A stretch of DNA of 64,000 nt from assembly GCA_001915065.1 (NCBI GenBank), contig MNDT01000006.1, positions 35,330-99,329 on the forward strand, in the 5' to 3' direction. Positions 45,818 through 55,279 of the stretch are shown here, piece by piece. The notes under the pieces were generated by a model that searched no databases, was not told where the DNA came from, and was given only the letters and a program-made list of their open reading frames with translations. This DNA comes from an archaeon 13_2_20CM_2_53_6 (GTDB lineage: Archaea; Thermoproteota; Bathyarchaeia; 40CM-2-53-6). The stretch's first letter is position 1, and each line of letters starts with the position of its first letter. The position numbers and the translations under genes were made by a program.

Positions 45818-45837
45818 CGTATGTCATACGCGCGTTC

Positions 45838-46218
45838 ATGAGCGGGACGTACCGCGCCCCCGAGGTTCCCAGCGAACGGATTACCGGCGAATTCGTCAGG
45901 GACGAATTGTTGAGGTGTTTCGAGAGCGCCAATAGGGAGTTCCTCACTCTCCTCAGACAGCCGGTCGCCGATGAGGCGTTGAAGGCGCAGGTCAAACAGT
46001 TCGTTGAGGGGGTGTTCCAGAACTGCGGCGTAAACTATGTCCACCCTACTAAGACGGGGATATTGACGGCGATCGCCCAATGCAAGAGCAACGCTGAGAG
46101 TATGATGGGTCCACAAGGTGCGAGCATTATCCATCATCACTACGCTGAGATGATGAAGCTCGTCGACCGGTTACCCCCTGATGCCGCCCGCGCGTCCCCT
46201 GACATGATCCGATTATAG
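45838..46218 (+). CDS. Hypothetical helical protein
   Basis: Internal ATG of ORF 45760..46218, placed right behind a TATA-like box. No family recognised. Confidence 0.45.
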   Translation: MSGTYRAPEVPSERITGEFVRDELLRCFESANREFLTLLRQPVADEALKAQVKQFVEGVFQNCGVNYVHPTKTGILTAIAQCKSNAESMMGPQGASIIHHHYAEMMKLVDRLPPDAARASPDMIRL

Positions 46219-46266
46219 GCTAATTAGGCACCACCCAAATCCCCGGTCCGCAAGGATATTGTCCAC

Positions 46267-46377
46267 ATGGCAGAGAAGCCAAGCCTCATTGTCAACCCGA
46301 TCCTGTTCATCATAGTAGCCGGCCTCTCAATCCTCTTCGTAGCAGCCCTACTCTACCAAATCCTCGGCTCCCGGTAG
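46267..46377 (+). CDS. Possible 36-aa single-TM micro-protein
   Basis: Hand translation gives MAEKPSLIVNPILFIIVAGLSILFVAALLYQILGSR, stop TAG 46375-46377. Short, so weakly supported. Confidence 0.25.
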   Translation: MAEKPSLIVNPILFIIVAGLSILFVAALLYQILGSR

Positions 46378-46656
46378 ACTCTACGCCACTTCAACCGGCA
46401 CAGCCCAAAAATAAGGCGATCCGCCACGCCTTGGTAAAACGCTGTACGACGCAAATCGTAGAAACCACCACGGCAACAGCCCCGTCAGCTCAAAGACGCC
46501 GGACAAGGACGAAAAGCTACGTTCTCCGTCTAGAAATAAGCATGCTTAACCAGACCCCCCGGGGGGGCCAAATTCTCCCCGGAGCCCTCAAGCAAATCTC
46601 GCCGGCCCGATTCTCAAAACTAATTAGTAATCCATCCATGGCCCGGAACAACGCCC

Positions 46657-47490
46657 TTGGAACAGACCCAACAGCCACTCCACACCCCACGCACAGTCAA
46701 GCTTGACCGGATAATCGACGAGACACCCTCAATCCGCTCCTTCTGGTTCAGCGACACCACCCTCCATCAAGCCAATCCCGGACAGTTCGCCATGGTCTGG
46801 GTCCCAGGCGTTGACGAAGTACCGATGAGCGTCCTAGCCATCCATGGAAAGAGCGAAGCCGGAGTAGTCATCAAGAAGGGGGGACCCGTCAGCACAGCCC
46901 TCTGGGAAAAGAAGGTCGGGGACATATTCTTCGTCAGAGGACCCTACGGACACCCCTTCAGCGTAGGCCACCACCACAGACTCCTCGTCGTAGGCGGCGG
47001 TACGGGGTTGGTCCCCCTCCTCTCCCTTCTCGTCCATTTTCGGGGCCGGGACGTAACACTCATAACCGGAGCCAGAACCTCAAGCGAACTCCTCTTCAAA
47101 GACTGGCTAATAGCAGACAGCAAGGAACACCGGTTCAAACTCATCTTCGCAACCGACGACGGAACCTACGGAGAGAAGAACCAGGTACCAAAGGTAGCGG
47201 AGGAGATTCTAGGAAAACAACGATTTGACGCGATATACACCTGCGGACCCGAGCCTATGATGAAGAAGATCTACGACCTAGCAACGAAGATGCACTGCCA
47301 CATCCAGGTGAGCCTCGAAAGAGTCTTCAAATGTGGCGTGGGAATATGCGCCGCCTGCGTGATCGGACCCTATCTCGTCTGCCACGATGGACCCGTGTTC
47401 TCCGAGATAGAGCTTAGCGGAATGCCAGAGTTCGGACACACCAGACGGGACCTGTCCGGAAAGAAAGTCCCCCTCAACGCATCACACTAA
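46657..47490 (+). CDS. PyrK-like FAD/NAD(P)-binding oxidoreductase with a C-terminal 2Fe-2S cluster motif
   Basis: Ferredoxin-reductase-type layout (FAMVWVPGVDEVPMSV, VVGGGTGLVPL) and the cysteine cluster CGVGICAACV...C. No pyrD is adjacent. Confidence 0.7.
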   Translation: MEQTQQPLHTPRTVKLDRIIDETPSIRSFWFSDTTLHQANPGQFAMVWVPGVDEVPMSVLAIHGKSEAGVVIKKGGPVSTALWEKKVGDIFFVRGPYGHPFSVGHHHRLLVVGGGTGLVPLLSLLVHFRGRDVTLITGARTSSELLFKDWLIADSKEHRFKLIFATDDGTYGEKNQVPKVAEEILGKQRFDAIYTCGPEPMMKKIYDLATKMHCHIQVSLERVFKCGVGICAACVIGPYLVCHDGPVFSEIELSGMPEFGHTRRDLSGKKVPLNASH

Positions 47491-47571
47491 ATCAGCGCCT
47501 GTACCGGGAGGACGAAGCGTTAATTAACGCGGCAGAGCATCACGAGCCAGTAACCTAGGAGAACGAGACAC

Positions 47572-47739
47572 ACGCCAACTCACGGCTCATTGACAAAGGC
47601 AGGAAAGGTCCGACAACAGACTCCAAAGATAGCGGCTCAGAACAAGACAAGCATCCCGCCACGTGAGCGTGTACGCAGGAACGCGCAGAAAAGGTTCGTG
47701 CTAGGCAGAAAACCCGGCCAGAACTACATCCGAGTCTAG
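47572..47739 (+). CDS. rps30e: 30S ribosomal protein eS30 (absent from the ORF track)
   Basis: Hand translation gives (T)PTHGSLTKAGKVRQQTPKIAAQNKTSIPPRERVRRNAQKRFVLGRKPGQNYIRV, stop TAG 47737-47739. The codon at the expected Met position is ACG 47572. GGAG at 47558-47561. The canonical alternative is TTG 47590. Confidence 0.75.
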   Translation, partial: TPTHGSLTKAGKVRQQTPKIAAQNKTSIPPRERVRRNAQKRFVLGRKPGQNYIRV

Positions 47740-47867
47740 CCTCCTTCTCATCCCATTAGAGCGATTCTCCAAGCTAGTCTGGGCTCTCCCGGCCCCGATC
47801 GACAGAATTTATAGTCGAGCCAGCCCGTTCAAGCAAACCCGGACCAATACAAGCACGGTAACACAAC

Positions 47868-49061
47868 TTGTCTCTGATAATCGATGCGCTTCTAGGAGCC
47901 CAATCAGTCTTCATCTTCCTCTTTGCCGGTTACGAGTATCTCACGCTGATGCACTTTCCCTCGCTGCCCAGCGATGCAAAAGATTCCCCTACCTCACCGT
48001 TCGTCTCGATAATCCTCCCCGTCCGAAATCAGGCGAGGACCGTTGCCGAATGCGTCAGATCCCTTGCCGGACTAGCGTATCCTAACAAAGAGATTATCAT
48101 CGTTGATGGAGGCTCGACCGACGCGACGAGAGATGAGATCGCCAGTTTCAATGGTCAAGTCACATTGGTCAAAGAAGAACCTCTTCCTCCGGACTGGGTT
48201 GGGAAGAACTGGGCTTGCCATCTTGGCTACAAGAAATCGAAAGGCGAACTATTGCTATTCACAGATGGCGATTCGGTCCACACCACAGACAGCTTGACAA
48301 GAGCCGTGACCTATCTGCAAGCCGAGAACGCCGATCTAGTTACGCTTGCTCCAGCCACGATTCTCCGAAGCTTCTGGGAGAAACTCCTCCAGCCACCCAT
48401 CTTCCTCCTGATAATGATCCTGGTCGGAGGAAGGCTGGTCAACGATGACAGGCGGGGAAACGCGATCGGAAACGGACAATACATGCTCTTCCGCAGAACG
48501 TCCTATGAGAAGGTTGGCGGACATGCGGCGGTCCGTGACAAGATCGTTGAGGATTACACTCTCGCAAGACTCTTGAAGAGAGGGGGCGGGAGACTGAGGT
48601 TTGTTACGGCCCAGGACGCTCTAGGAGTTAGAATGTACGCGAGCCTAGCCGAGATCTGGAGGGGATGGAGGAAAAACTTCTACACGGTCTCAGAGAGACA
48701 CATGCTGAGGAAGGCTCTCGCGAGAATCGTGCTCATGTTCACATTTCTCGTACTCCCATTCGTCGTCCTAATCTACGGGATCACTCTCGCCCCAACAAAC
48801 CTGCTCAATCCCTACCTTATTGCTGGAGCTTTCATGTCCTTCCTACTATGGCTTGGAATAATCATCCTTGACCGATCGATAGACGTCCCCTCAACCTATG
48901 CCCTGCTTTTTCCCGTCGCAATACTCGTCTACATCGCTATCGGAATCGACTCCACGATTCGAGGCTCACTGGGATACGGGTTCTCCTGGAAGGGACGCAC
49001 CTACGGCAGACCAACAGAAAGACAGTTAGAGCCTACACATGTGCAGGTTGAGACTGTCTAA
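47868..49061 (+). CDS. Membrane-bound family 2 glycosyltransferase
   Basis: VSIILPVRNQARTVAECVRSL, IIIVDGGSTD, FTDGDS, an N-terminal TM helix and several C-terminal TM helices. Confidence 0.75.
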   Translation: MSLIIDALLGAQSVFIFLFAGYEYLTLMHFPSLPSDAKDSPTSPFVSIILPVRNQARTVAECVRSLAGLAYPNKEIIIVDGGSTDATRDEIASFNGQVTLVKEEPLPPDWVGKNWACHLGYKKSKGELLLFTDGDSVHTTDSLTRAVTYLQAENADLVTLAPATILRSFWEKLLQPPIFLLIMILVGGRLVNDDRRGNAIGNGQYMLFRRTSYEKVGGHAAVRDKIVEDYTLARLLKRGGGRLRFVTAQDALGVRMYASLAEIWRGWRKNFYTVSERHMLRKALARIVLMFTFLVLPFVVLIYGITLAPTNLLNPYLIAGAFMSFLLWLGIIILDRSIDVPSTYALLFPVAILVYIAIGIDSTIRGSLGYGFSWKGRTYGRPTERQLEPTHVQVETV

Positions 49062-49073
49062 GGTCGCGAGAAG

Positions 49074-50669
49074 ATGAGCGGGGTCGCCGGGCAGGTCTCC
49101 AACGAGATCCTTGAAAGACTGTTAAGCCTAGAAAACCCTTCGAGGGATGATGTCAACAGACTAAAGATTGAAGTCTGCAGGAAATACAGGTCGCCACTTG
49201 TCCCTGCAAATTCCCAGATCCTCAAGCTAATCTCCGAATCTCTTCTCCCCAAGTTTGGCCCACTCCTAGTCGACAAACAAGTCCGCAGCCTGAGCGGCGT
49301 TACAACTGTTGCCGTGATGCCCAAACCTTACGGCTGTCCACATGGAAAATGCACATACTGCCCTGGTGGACCCGATGAAGGGGTGCCCAGGGCCTACACT
49401 GGCAAGGAGCCTGCAGTCATGAGGGCTCTCGAGTCCGGCTATGATCCCCATCTACAGGTGGCGAGTAGGCTCTTTCAACTCCGAGGAATGGGCCATCCTG
49501 TCGACAAAGTCGAACTGATTCTTGTAGGCGGCACTTTCCCATTCATGCCTCGCTCCTATCAGGAGGATTTCGTGAAGAGGTGTCTGGACGCTCTCAACGG
49601 CGAGGACTCTGGGTCGCTGGACGAGGCGAAGGTGCGCTCGGAGAATGCTCCGATCAAGAATGTAGGAATCACAATCGAGACCCGCCCCGACTGGTCCCGT
49701 AGAGGCCATGTCGATCATATGCTCTCAATGGGAGTAACCAGAGTCGAGATCGGCGTCCAGACACTCTACGACGACGTGTACGAGAGGATCCACCGAGACC
49801 ACAAGGTTGCAGATGTTGTCGAGGCAACGATAACACTGAAGGATTCAGCTCTCAAAGTGGGATATCACATGATGCTAGGACTGCCCGGATGTGATCCGGG
49901 GCGTGACCTGGACGCGTTTCGAAAGATTTTCGAGAACTCGGAATTTAGACCGGACATGCTGAAGATCTACCCCTGCCTTGTAACGCCCGGAACCCAGTTG
50001 TACGAGGAGTGGAAGAAGGGTGAATACAAGCCGTATTCGACAGAGCAGGCCGCTCGTCTGATCGTGGGGATAAAGCGACTAATTCCTCCCTGGGTCAGGA
50101 TCATGAGAATTCAGCGTGAGATTCCCGCCGACGGCATCGCGGATGGGGTCACAAATGGAAACCTCCGCCAGCTGGTCCAGGAAGAACTCGCCCGCCGCGG
50201 TATCGCATGCCGCTGCATAAGATGCCGCGAAGTCGGGCAGCATGCAATGAGAAACAATACGACCCTGCTAACCAACGATATCAGACTGCAGCGACTAGTC
50301 TATGATGCTTCTGGGGGTACAGAGGTCTTTCTCTCCTTCGAAGACGCCAAACAGGATATTCTAGTCGGATACGTCCGATTGAGAGTCCCCGGCGAAGAGG
50401 CTCATAGGACAGAAATCAAGGACCAGAACGCTGCAATGATTCGAGAGCTTCACGTCCTAGGCCAAACAGTGCCGGTTGGTGCAAGGATCGCGTCAGCCTA
50501 CCAGCACAGGGGCTACGGTGCCAGACTGATAGCTGAAGCCGAGAGAACGGCCTTCGAAGACTATCACAGGACCAAGATGGTCGTGATAAGCGCCCTCGGA
50601 ACCAAAAACTACTACTCCCGATTCGACTATGAACACGACGGACCCTACATGTCGAAACGTCTCAACTAG
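49074..50669 (+). CDS. elp3: Elp3-type radical SAM / GNAT tRNA modification enzyme
   Basis: Radical SAM cluster GCPHGKCTYCPGG, a C-terminal acetyltransferase domain (YQHRGYGARLIAEAE), and typical Elp3 length. Confidence 0.9.
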   Translation: MSGVAGQVSNEILERLLSLENPSRDDVNRLKIEVCRKYRSPLVPANSQILKLISESLLPKFGPLLVDKQVRSLSGVTTVAVMPKPYGCPHGKCTYCPGGPDEGVPRAYTGKEPAVMRALESGYDPHLQVASRLFQLRGMGHPVDKVELILVGGTFPFMPRSYQEDFVKRCLDALNGEDSGSLDEAKVRSENAPIKNVGITIETRPDWSRRGHVDHMLSMGVTRVEIGVQTLYDDVYERIHRDHKVADVVEATITLKDSALKVGYHMMLGLPGCDPGRDLDAFRKIFENSEFRPDMLKIYPCLVTPGTQLYEEWKKGEYKPYSTEQAARLIVGIKRLIPPWVRIMRIQREIPADGIADGVTNGNLRQLVQEELARRGIACRCIRCREVGQHAMRNNTTLLTNDIRLQRLVYDASGGTEVFLSFEDAKQDILVGYVRLRVPGEEAHRTEIKDQNAAMIRELHVLGQTVPVGARIASAYQHRGYGARLIAEAERTAFEDYHRTKMVVISALGTKNYYSRFDYEHDGPYMSKRLN

Positions 50670-50707
50670 AGAATATCCTTAACCCTCCTCTGAGTCGTTC
50701 GAGACCA

Positions 50708-52045
50708 ATGTCCGTCTCGGAACTTGAAGGATACCATGGAGAAATCCTTCGTAGGCTAAAGACCGCCAACGCAAAGGTCGGAGACATAGTCAAGATCACC
50801 ACAATGACTGGAGAGGTCTTCGAAGGAGCACTATTCCCACGCTCCGAATATGGCGATCCCAACCATATCGTTCTCAAGCTGAAGAACGGCTACAACGTCG
50901 GGATCCACTTCCAGCGGACGGAGAAGATTGAAGTTGTCGGAGGAGGCCAGAAACCCCACTTTACCAGACCATCTCCCCCACCGAAGCAACCCGGTCTTCC
51001 CAGAGTAGCAATCATCAGCACAGGAGGAACGATCGCGAGCAGAGTGGACTATCGAACTGGTGCCGTCCAGCCAGCTCTCACAGCAGCAGACCTGGCAAGC
51101 GTCGTCCCCGAACTTGCCAACATAGCAGAAGTCGAGGCCGACATACTGTTCAGCGAATTGAGCGAGAACGTCACACCATCGCAATGGAAGACTCTCGCAG
51201 AGGATATCTCCAGAAGAATAACAGAAGGAGTAAGCGGGGTCGTTGTAAGCCAGGGAACTGACACGATGCACTACACCGCAGCAGCCTTGAGCTTCGCGCT
51301 TCAACATCTCCCCGTCCCAGTCCTCTTGGTCGGAGCCCAGAGATCCTCGGATCGCCCCAGCTCCGACGCTGCATCCAACCTGACCGGAGCCGTTGCGATG
51401 GCGGCCAACGCGGATCTCGGCGTGGTTGGAGTCACAATGCACCAAGACCTCTCGGACCGTTACATCGTTGCACACAGGGGGACGAGAGTACGAAAATGTC
51501 ACACGAGCCGTCGCGACGCATTCAAGTCCATCAACTCAAATCCTCTCGCCCGGTACGATCTGCACACTCGACAGATCGAATATTTCGAGAGCCCTCCCAG
51601 ACGGAGGTCAGATCACAATTTCAGCCTCAAACCGGAATTCGACCACCACGCATACCTCCTGAAATTCTACCCAGGCTTCGATCCTCAAATCATAGATGCC
51701 GTGATCAAAGCCGGCGCCCGCGGTCTAGTTCTGGAAGGCACTGGCCTTGGACACGTTTCCAAATACTGCTACGACTCCATCCGGAACGCCGTGAAAAACG
51801 ATGTTCCCGTTTTCATGACGTCCCAGACAATATGGGGAAGAGTCGACCTGAACGTCTACGTCACGGGACGAGACCTGCTCAACCTCGGCGTTGTCCCCCT
51901 CGAAGATATGATCCCAGAGACAGCGCTTGTGAAACTCATGTGGGTGCTCGGCCAGACCAGGTCCATAGACAAGGTCCACGGACTCATGCTCCAGCCGATA
52001 GCTGGAGAAATTACCGAGAGGACGACGATAACGGAGGCGGCCTAG
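50708..52045 (+). CDS. gatD: Glutamyl-tRNA(Gln) amidotransferase subunit D
   Basis: N-terminal GatD domain plus the asparaginase-like STGGTIASRVDYRTGAV and HGTDTM-like QGTDTMHYTA. Confidence 0.9.
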   Translation: MSVSELEGYHGEILRRLKTANAKVGDIVKITTMTGEVFEGALFPRSEYGDPNHIVLKLKNGYNVGIHFQRTEKIEVVGGGQKPHFTRPSPPPKQPGLPRVAIISTGGTIASRVDYRTGAVQPALTAADLASVVPELANIAEVEADILFSELSENVTPSQWKTLAEDISRRITEGVSGVVVSQGTDTMHYTAAALSFALQHLPVPVLLVGAQRSSDRPSSDAASNLTGAVAMAANADLGVVGVTMHQDLSDRYIVAHRGTRVRKCHTSRRDAFKSINSNPLARYDLHTRQIEYFESPPRRRSDHNFSLKPEFDHHAYLLKFYPGFDPQIIDAVIKAGARGLVLEGTGLGHVSKYCYDSIRNAVKNDVPVFMTSQTIWGRVDLNVYVTGRDLLNLGVVPLEDMIPETALVKLMWVLGQTRSIDKVHGLMLQPIAGEITERTTITEAA

Positions 52046-52063
52046 GCGCCCCAGAACTACTCG

Positions 52064-53950
52064 ACGGTCGGTCTCAGAGTCGGACTCGAAGTACACAGGC
52101 AGCTGGACACTCGCCACAAGCTCTTCTGTGAGTGTCCAACAATCCTGTCGACAAAACCGCCGACGCTCACATTCGAACGGAGGCTCAGACCAACACAGAG
52201 CGAGCTGGGCCAGGTGGATCCCGCGGCTCTCTTCGAGTTCAACAAAGGACGAGCCATCAATTACGAAGCCGACCCAGAAACAACCTGCTTAGTCGAGCTA
52301 GACGAGGAGCCGCCGCACCAACTCAACCCTGAAGCAGTCGACATCGCGCTCACCATCAGCCTCCTCCTGCACGCTCGTCCGATGGACGAGGTGCACGTGA
52401 TGCGCAAGGTCGTCATCGACGGGTCCAACACGACAGGATTCCAGCGCACCGCGATAATCTCGCTCAATGGCAAACTAGACGCGGACGGAAAAGAAATCCC
52501 GATTCAGCAGATATCACTAGAAGAGGACGCTGGACGCAAGACAGGCGAGGATCAGAACGCGGTCATCTTTCGCCTCGACCGGCTCGGGGTCCCCCTCATC
52601 GAGATTGCTACCGGTCCGGTAATCAACGACGCTCAAGAAGCGGGCAGAGTGGCCCTCGCAATAGGACAGGTGCTACGGGCCACGAAGAAGGTGAAGCGAG
52701 GTCTCGGTAGCATAAGGCAGGACCTCAACGTGTCGATAAGGGATGGTGCTCTTATCGAGATCAAAGGGGTCCAAGAACTCGACCTGGTCTCCAAAGCGGT
52801 AGAGCTTGAAGTCCAGCGTCAAACCACTCTTCTACAGATACGAGACGAGCTGAGGAGCAGAAAAATCAAGCCGGCAGACCTCAAAGAGGACTACAATGAT
52901 CTTACATCGCTCGTGTCTCAATCAGAATCGAAGATAGTCCAGTCAGCCCTGAAGCAAGGAGGAACCGTTCAAGGGGTTAAGCTAGCAGGCTTCGCGGGCT
53001 TGCTGAAGAAAGAGCTGATGCCGGGAATCAGATTGGGGACGGAGATGGCGAAGCGGGCTGCCTTCTGGGGACGGGTGGGAGGAGTCTTCCACTCTGATGA
53101 GCTGCCCGGGCACGGAATAAGTCAGGCAGAGGTTGATGCTATCGCGGGGAAGCTCGAATGCCACACAAGCGATGCCTTCGTTCTAATTGCTGACTCTAGG
53201 GAAAACGTGTTGGACGGGTTGAGGGCTGTTGTCGAAAGAGCTAGGGAAGCATTAGTCGGAGTGCCTGAGGAGACGAGGACTGCCAACCCGGATGGTACAA
53301 CACACTACATGAGACCGAGACCAGGCGCGGCCAGAATGTATCCGGAGACTGATGTGCCGCCGGTTCAGATCAGTTCCGACAGAATCAGGCAAATCGGAGA
53401 CAACCTGCCACGAATGCCCGAGGAGCTCGCCAAAGAGATAGGGTCAAAATACGATATCAGCCCAAAGCTTGCAGCTCAACTCGTCAACTCCGAATACGTA
53501 GACACCTTCGGTGAAATAACCGCTACCGCGAAGGACATAGCGCCAAGCTTCGTCGCCACCGTACTCACAGAATCTATGCGAAGCCTAGCGAGAGATCGTG
53601 TCCCTATAGAAAGTCTTGAAGATACACATCTGAAGGATATCTTCCGGCTCGTTGCTGAAGGCAAGACTGCCAAAGAATCGGTGCTAGAGATCCTCAAGTG
53701 GTTGGCCATGCATCCTGCGGCAAACGCAGCCTCCGCTATTGACGAGTTGAATCTCGGCATGATGGGTAAGACAGAGTTGAAGGGGATAATATCGAAAGTT
53801 TTGGAGTCACACCGATCGTTTGTCCAGAAGAATGGAGCCAAGGCGCTCGGGAAGATGATGAACTTGGTCATGGCGGAAGTCCGAGGAAGAGCCGACCCAA
53901 GACTGGTAACCGAGCTACTACAGGCGGAACTTGAACAAGCCAGAGGATGA
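52064..53950 (+). CDS. gatE: Glutamyl-tRNA(Gln) amidotransferase subunit E (start unresolved)
   Basis: The conserved N-terminus NYSTVGLRVGLEVHRQLDTRHKLFCECP...RRLRPTQSELGQVDPAALFE is encoded from 52046, right after the gatD TAG and in the same frame. The first canonical start is GTG 52214. A candidate ACG lies at 52064. Confidence 0.85.
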   Translation, partial: TVGLRVGLEVHRQLDTRHKLFCECPTILSTKPPTLTFERRLRPTQSELGQVDPAALFEFNKGRAINYEADPETTCLVELDEEPPHQLNPEAVDIALTISLLLHARPMDEVHVMRKVVIDGSNTTGFQRTAIISLNGKLDADGKEIPIQQISLEEDAGRKTGEDQNAVIFRLDRLGVPLIEIATGPVINDAQEAGRVALAIGQVLRATKKVKRGLGSIRQDLNVSIRDGALIEIKGVQELDLVSKAVELEVQRQTTLLQIRDELRSRKIKPADLKEDYNDLTSLVSQSESKIVQSALKQGGTVQGVKLAGFAGLLKKELMPGIRLGTEMAKRAAFWGRVGGVFHSDELPGHGISQAEVDAIAGKLECHTSDAFVLIADSRENVLDGLRAVVERAREALVGVPEETRTANPDGTTHYMRPRPGAARMYPETDVPPVQISSDRIRQIGDNLPRMPEELAKEIGSKYDISPKLAAQLVNSEYVDTFGEITATAKDIAPSFVATVLTESMRSLARDRVPIESLEDTHLKDIFRLVAEGKTAKESVLEILKWLAMHPAANAASAIDELNLGMMGKTELKGIISKVLESHRSFVQKNGAKALGKMMNLVMAEVRGRADPRLVTELLQAELEQARG

Positions 53951-53994
53951 CGGCTTCGCCTCGCGACAGTCCAGACAAGACCTTGGCCCTCGAG

Positions 53995-54432
53995 ATGGAT
54001 GATCTCGACCGACGAATCCTCCAAGCATATCTCATGGACGCTAGACTATCCTACAGGGAGCTGGGCCACAAGCTCGGAGTCTCAACGACCACGATCCAGT
54101 CACGAACCATCAAACTGGAAAAGGCCGGAATCATACGAGGATACTCCGCAATCTACGACCATGAAAAGATAGGATTCCAGCTGACCGCCATAACAGAGGT
54201 ATCAGTCGCCAAGGGGAAATTGCTAGAGCTAGAACGGGAAGTGGCTAAGATGCCTCAGGTCTTGGCTGTCTACGATGTCACGGGTCTCACTGATGCTATT
54301 GTGATTGCCAAGTTCAAGAGTCGTGAAGACTTGAGTAGGTTCACAAAGGCACTGTTGGCGATGCCTTTCGTCGAACGGACGAATACCCACATGGTTCTAA
54401 CGACTGTCAAAGAAGACTTCAGGTTACTCTGA
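53995..54432 (+). CDS. Lrp/AsnC family transcription regulator
   Basis: LDRRILQAYLMDARLSYRELGHKLGVSTTTIQSRTIKLEKAGIIRGY plus a RAM domain. The ORF track extends to 53947. Confidence 0.8.
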   Translation: MDDLDRRILQAYLMDARLSYRELGHKLGVSTTTIQSRTIKLEKAGIIRGYSAIYDHEKIGFQLTAITEVSVAKGKLLELEREVAKMPQVLAVYDVTGLTDAIVIAKFKSREDLSRFTKALLAMPFVERTNTHMVLTTVKEDFRLL

Positions 54433-54433
54433 A

Positions 54434-55279
54434 TCAAAATTTCCGGGTGGCATGTTTCAGCTCGGCGACATGCTTCTTCAACAATTCTTCCATTTCGCCA
54501 GCATTGCTCAAATGGTCCTGGATGATCTGCACTAGTGCGCTTCCTACTATTGCTCCGTCCGCGCCGGCCTTTATCAGGGTTCTAACGTGGTCTGGTGTGG
54601 AGACGCCGAAGCCTGCTGAGACTGGAGTTCTTCGCTTGTTGATGGAACTTACTCGTTTGAGTGTGTCCAATGCCTGTGGTCCAAGCGTCTTTCGTGGACC
54701 TGTCACGCCGTAGAGAGAGACTAGATAGAGAAATCCGGTGGTCTCTGCGAGGATCCGTCTCAACCTCGTCTCTGGAGTGTTTGGTGCAGCAAGGAGAATA
54801 GTGTCGATGTCATTCTTCGAGGCTAGCTTGTGGAATTGGGGATCAGCGTTGGCCGGCATGTCTGGAACCACCACTCCGCTCACACCGGATCTTTGGGCGA
54901 TTTGGAAGAAGCGTTCGGCTCCCATTGCGAGAATCGGATTGCAATAGGTGAGAAGGACGAGGGGTACGTCGTGCTGGGCAGAAAATTCTCCTGCTAGCGA
55001 TAGAACTTTCTTGGTAGTTATGCCTGCGGTCAAGGCTCTCTGGCTTGAGGCTTGGATTACCGGTCCATCGGCAATGGGGTCCGAGAACGGGATGCCAATC
55101 TCAACGATATCTGCGCCTCCCTCGACTAGTGCTGAGGCGTTAGCGTGGAACTCTTCGGGTGTCGGGTCTCCTCCGGTCAAGTATGCGATCAGAGCGCCCT
55201 CTCTTCGGGACCGGAGTTCCTCGAACTTGGAGGCTATAGGGTGCTCATTGTGGGAAGTGTCTTGCAACGATCTCGACAT
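54434..55279 (-). CDS. trpA: Tryptophan synthase alpha chain
   Basis: [28 protein letters not shown] and GFGVSTPDH. Confidence 0.9.
   Translation of the reverse strand: MSRSLQDTSHNEHPIASKFEELRSRREGALIAYLTGGDPTPEEFHANASALVEGGADIVEIGIPFSDPIADGPVIQASSQRALTAGITTKKVLSLAGEFSAQHDVPLVLLTYCNPILAMGAERFFQIAQRSGVSGVVVPDMPANADPQFHKLASKNDIDTILLAAPNTPETRLRRILAETTGFLYLVSLYGVTGPRKTLGPQALDTLKRVSSINKRRTPVSAGFGVSTPDHVRTLIKAGADGAIVGSALVQIIQDHLSNAGEMEELLKKHVAELKHATRKF

Noticed and set aside
45658-46140. The 160-aa minus ORF opposite 45838..46218, and the first 26 codons of ORF 45760..46218
   Set aside because: The plus-strand ATG 45838 sits at the ideal distance from the TTTATATAA box. The minus ORF is R/P-rich. 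The 45760 start would place the TATA box inside the coding region and overlap the divergent gene.
46555-46567. The C6G7 palindrome (CCCCCCGGGGGGG) as a regulatory hairpin or terminator
   Set aside because: It is a single short homopolymer palindrome in an intergenic region and could equally be an assembly artefact. There is no flanking T-tract or repeat context to support a function.
52043-52045. The TAG between gatD and gatE as a pyrrolysine (sense) codon
   Set aside because: Many well-defined genes in the window terminate at TAG (rps11, eS30, 63206..63604, the NurA-like gene), and no pyl genes are visible. Generic TAG reassignment is therefore unlikely, although local read-through remains possible.
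50831-52131. ORFs antisense to or out of frame with gatD (50831..51502 -, 51496..52131 +, 51725..52117 -, and others)
   Set aside because: The gatD frame has asparaginase-type motifs. The alternatives are R/P/S-rich, as is typical for GC-rich off-frames.
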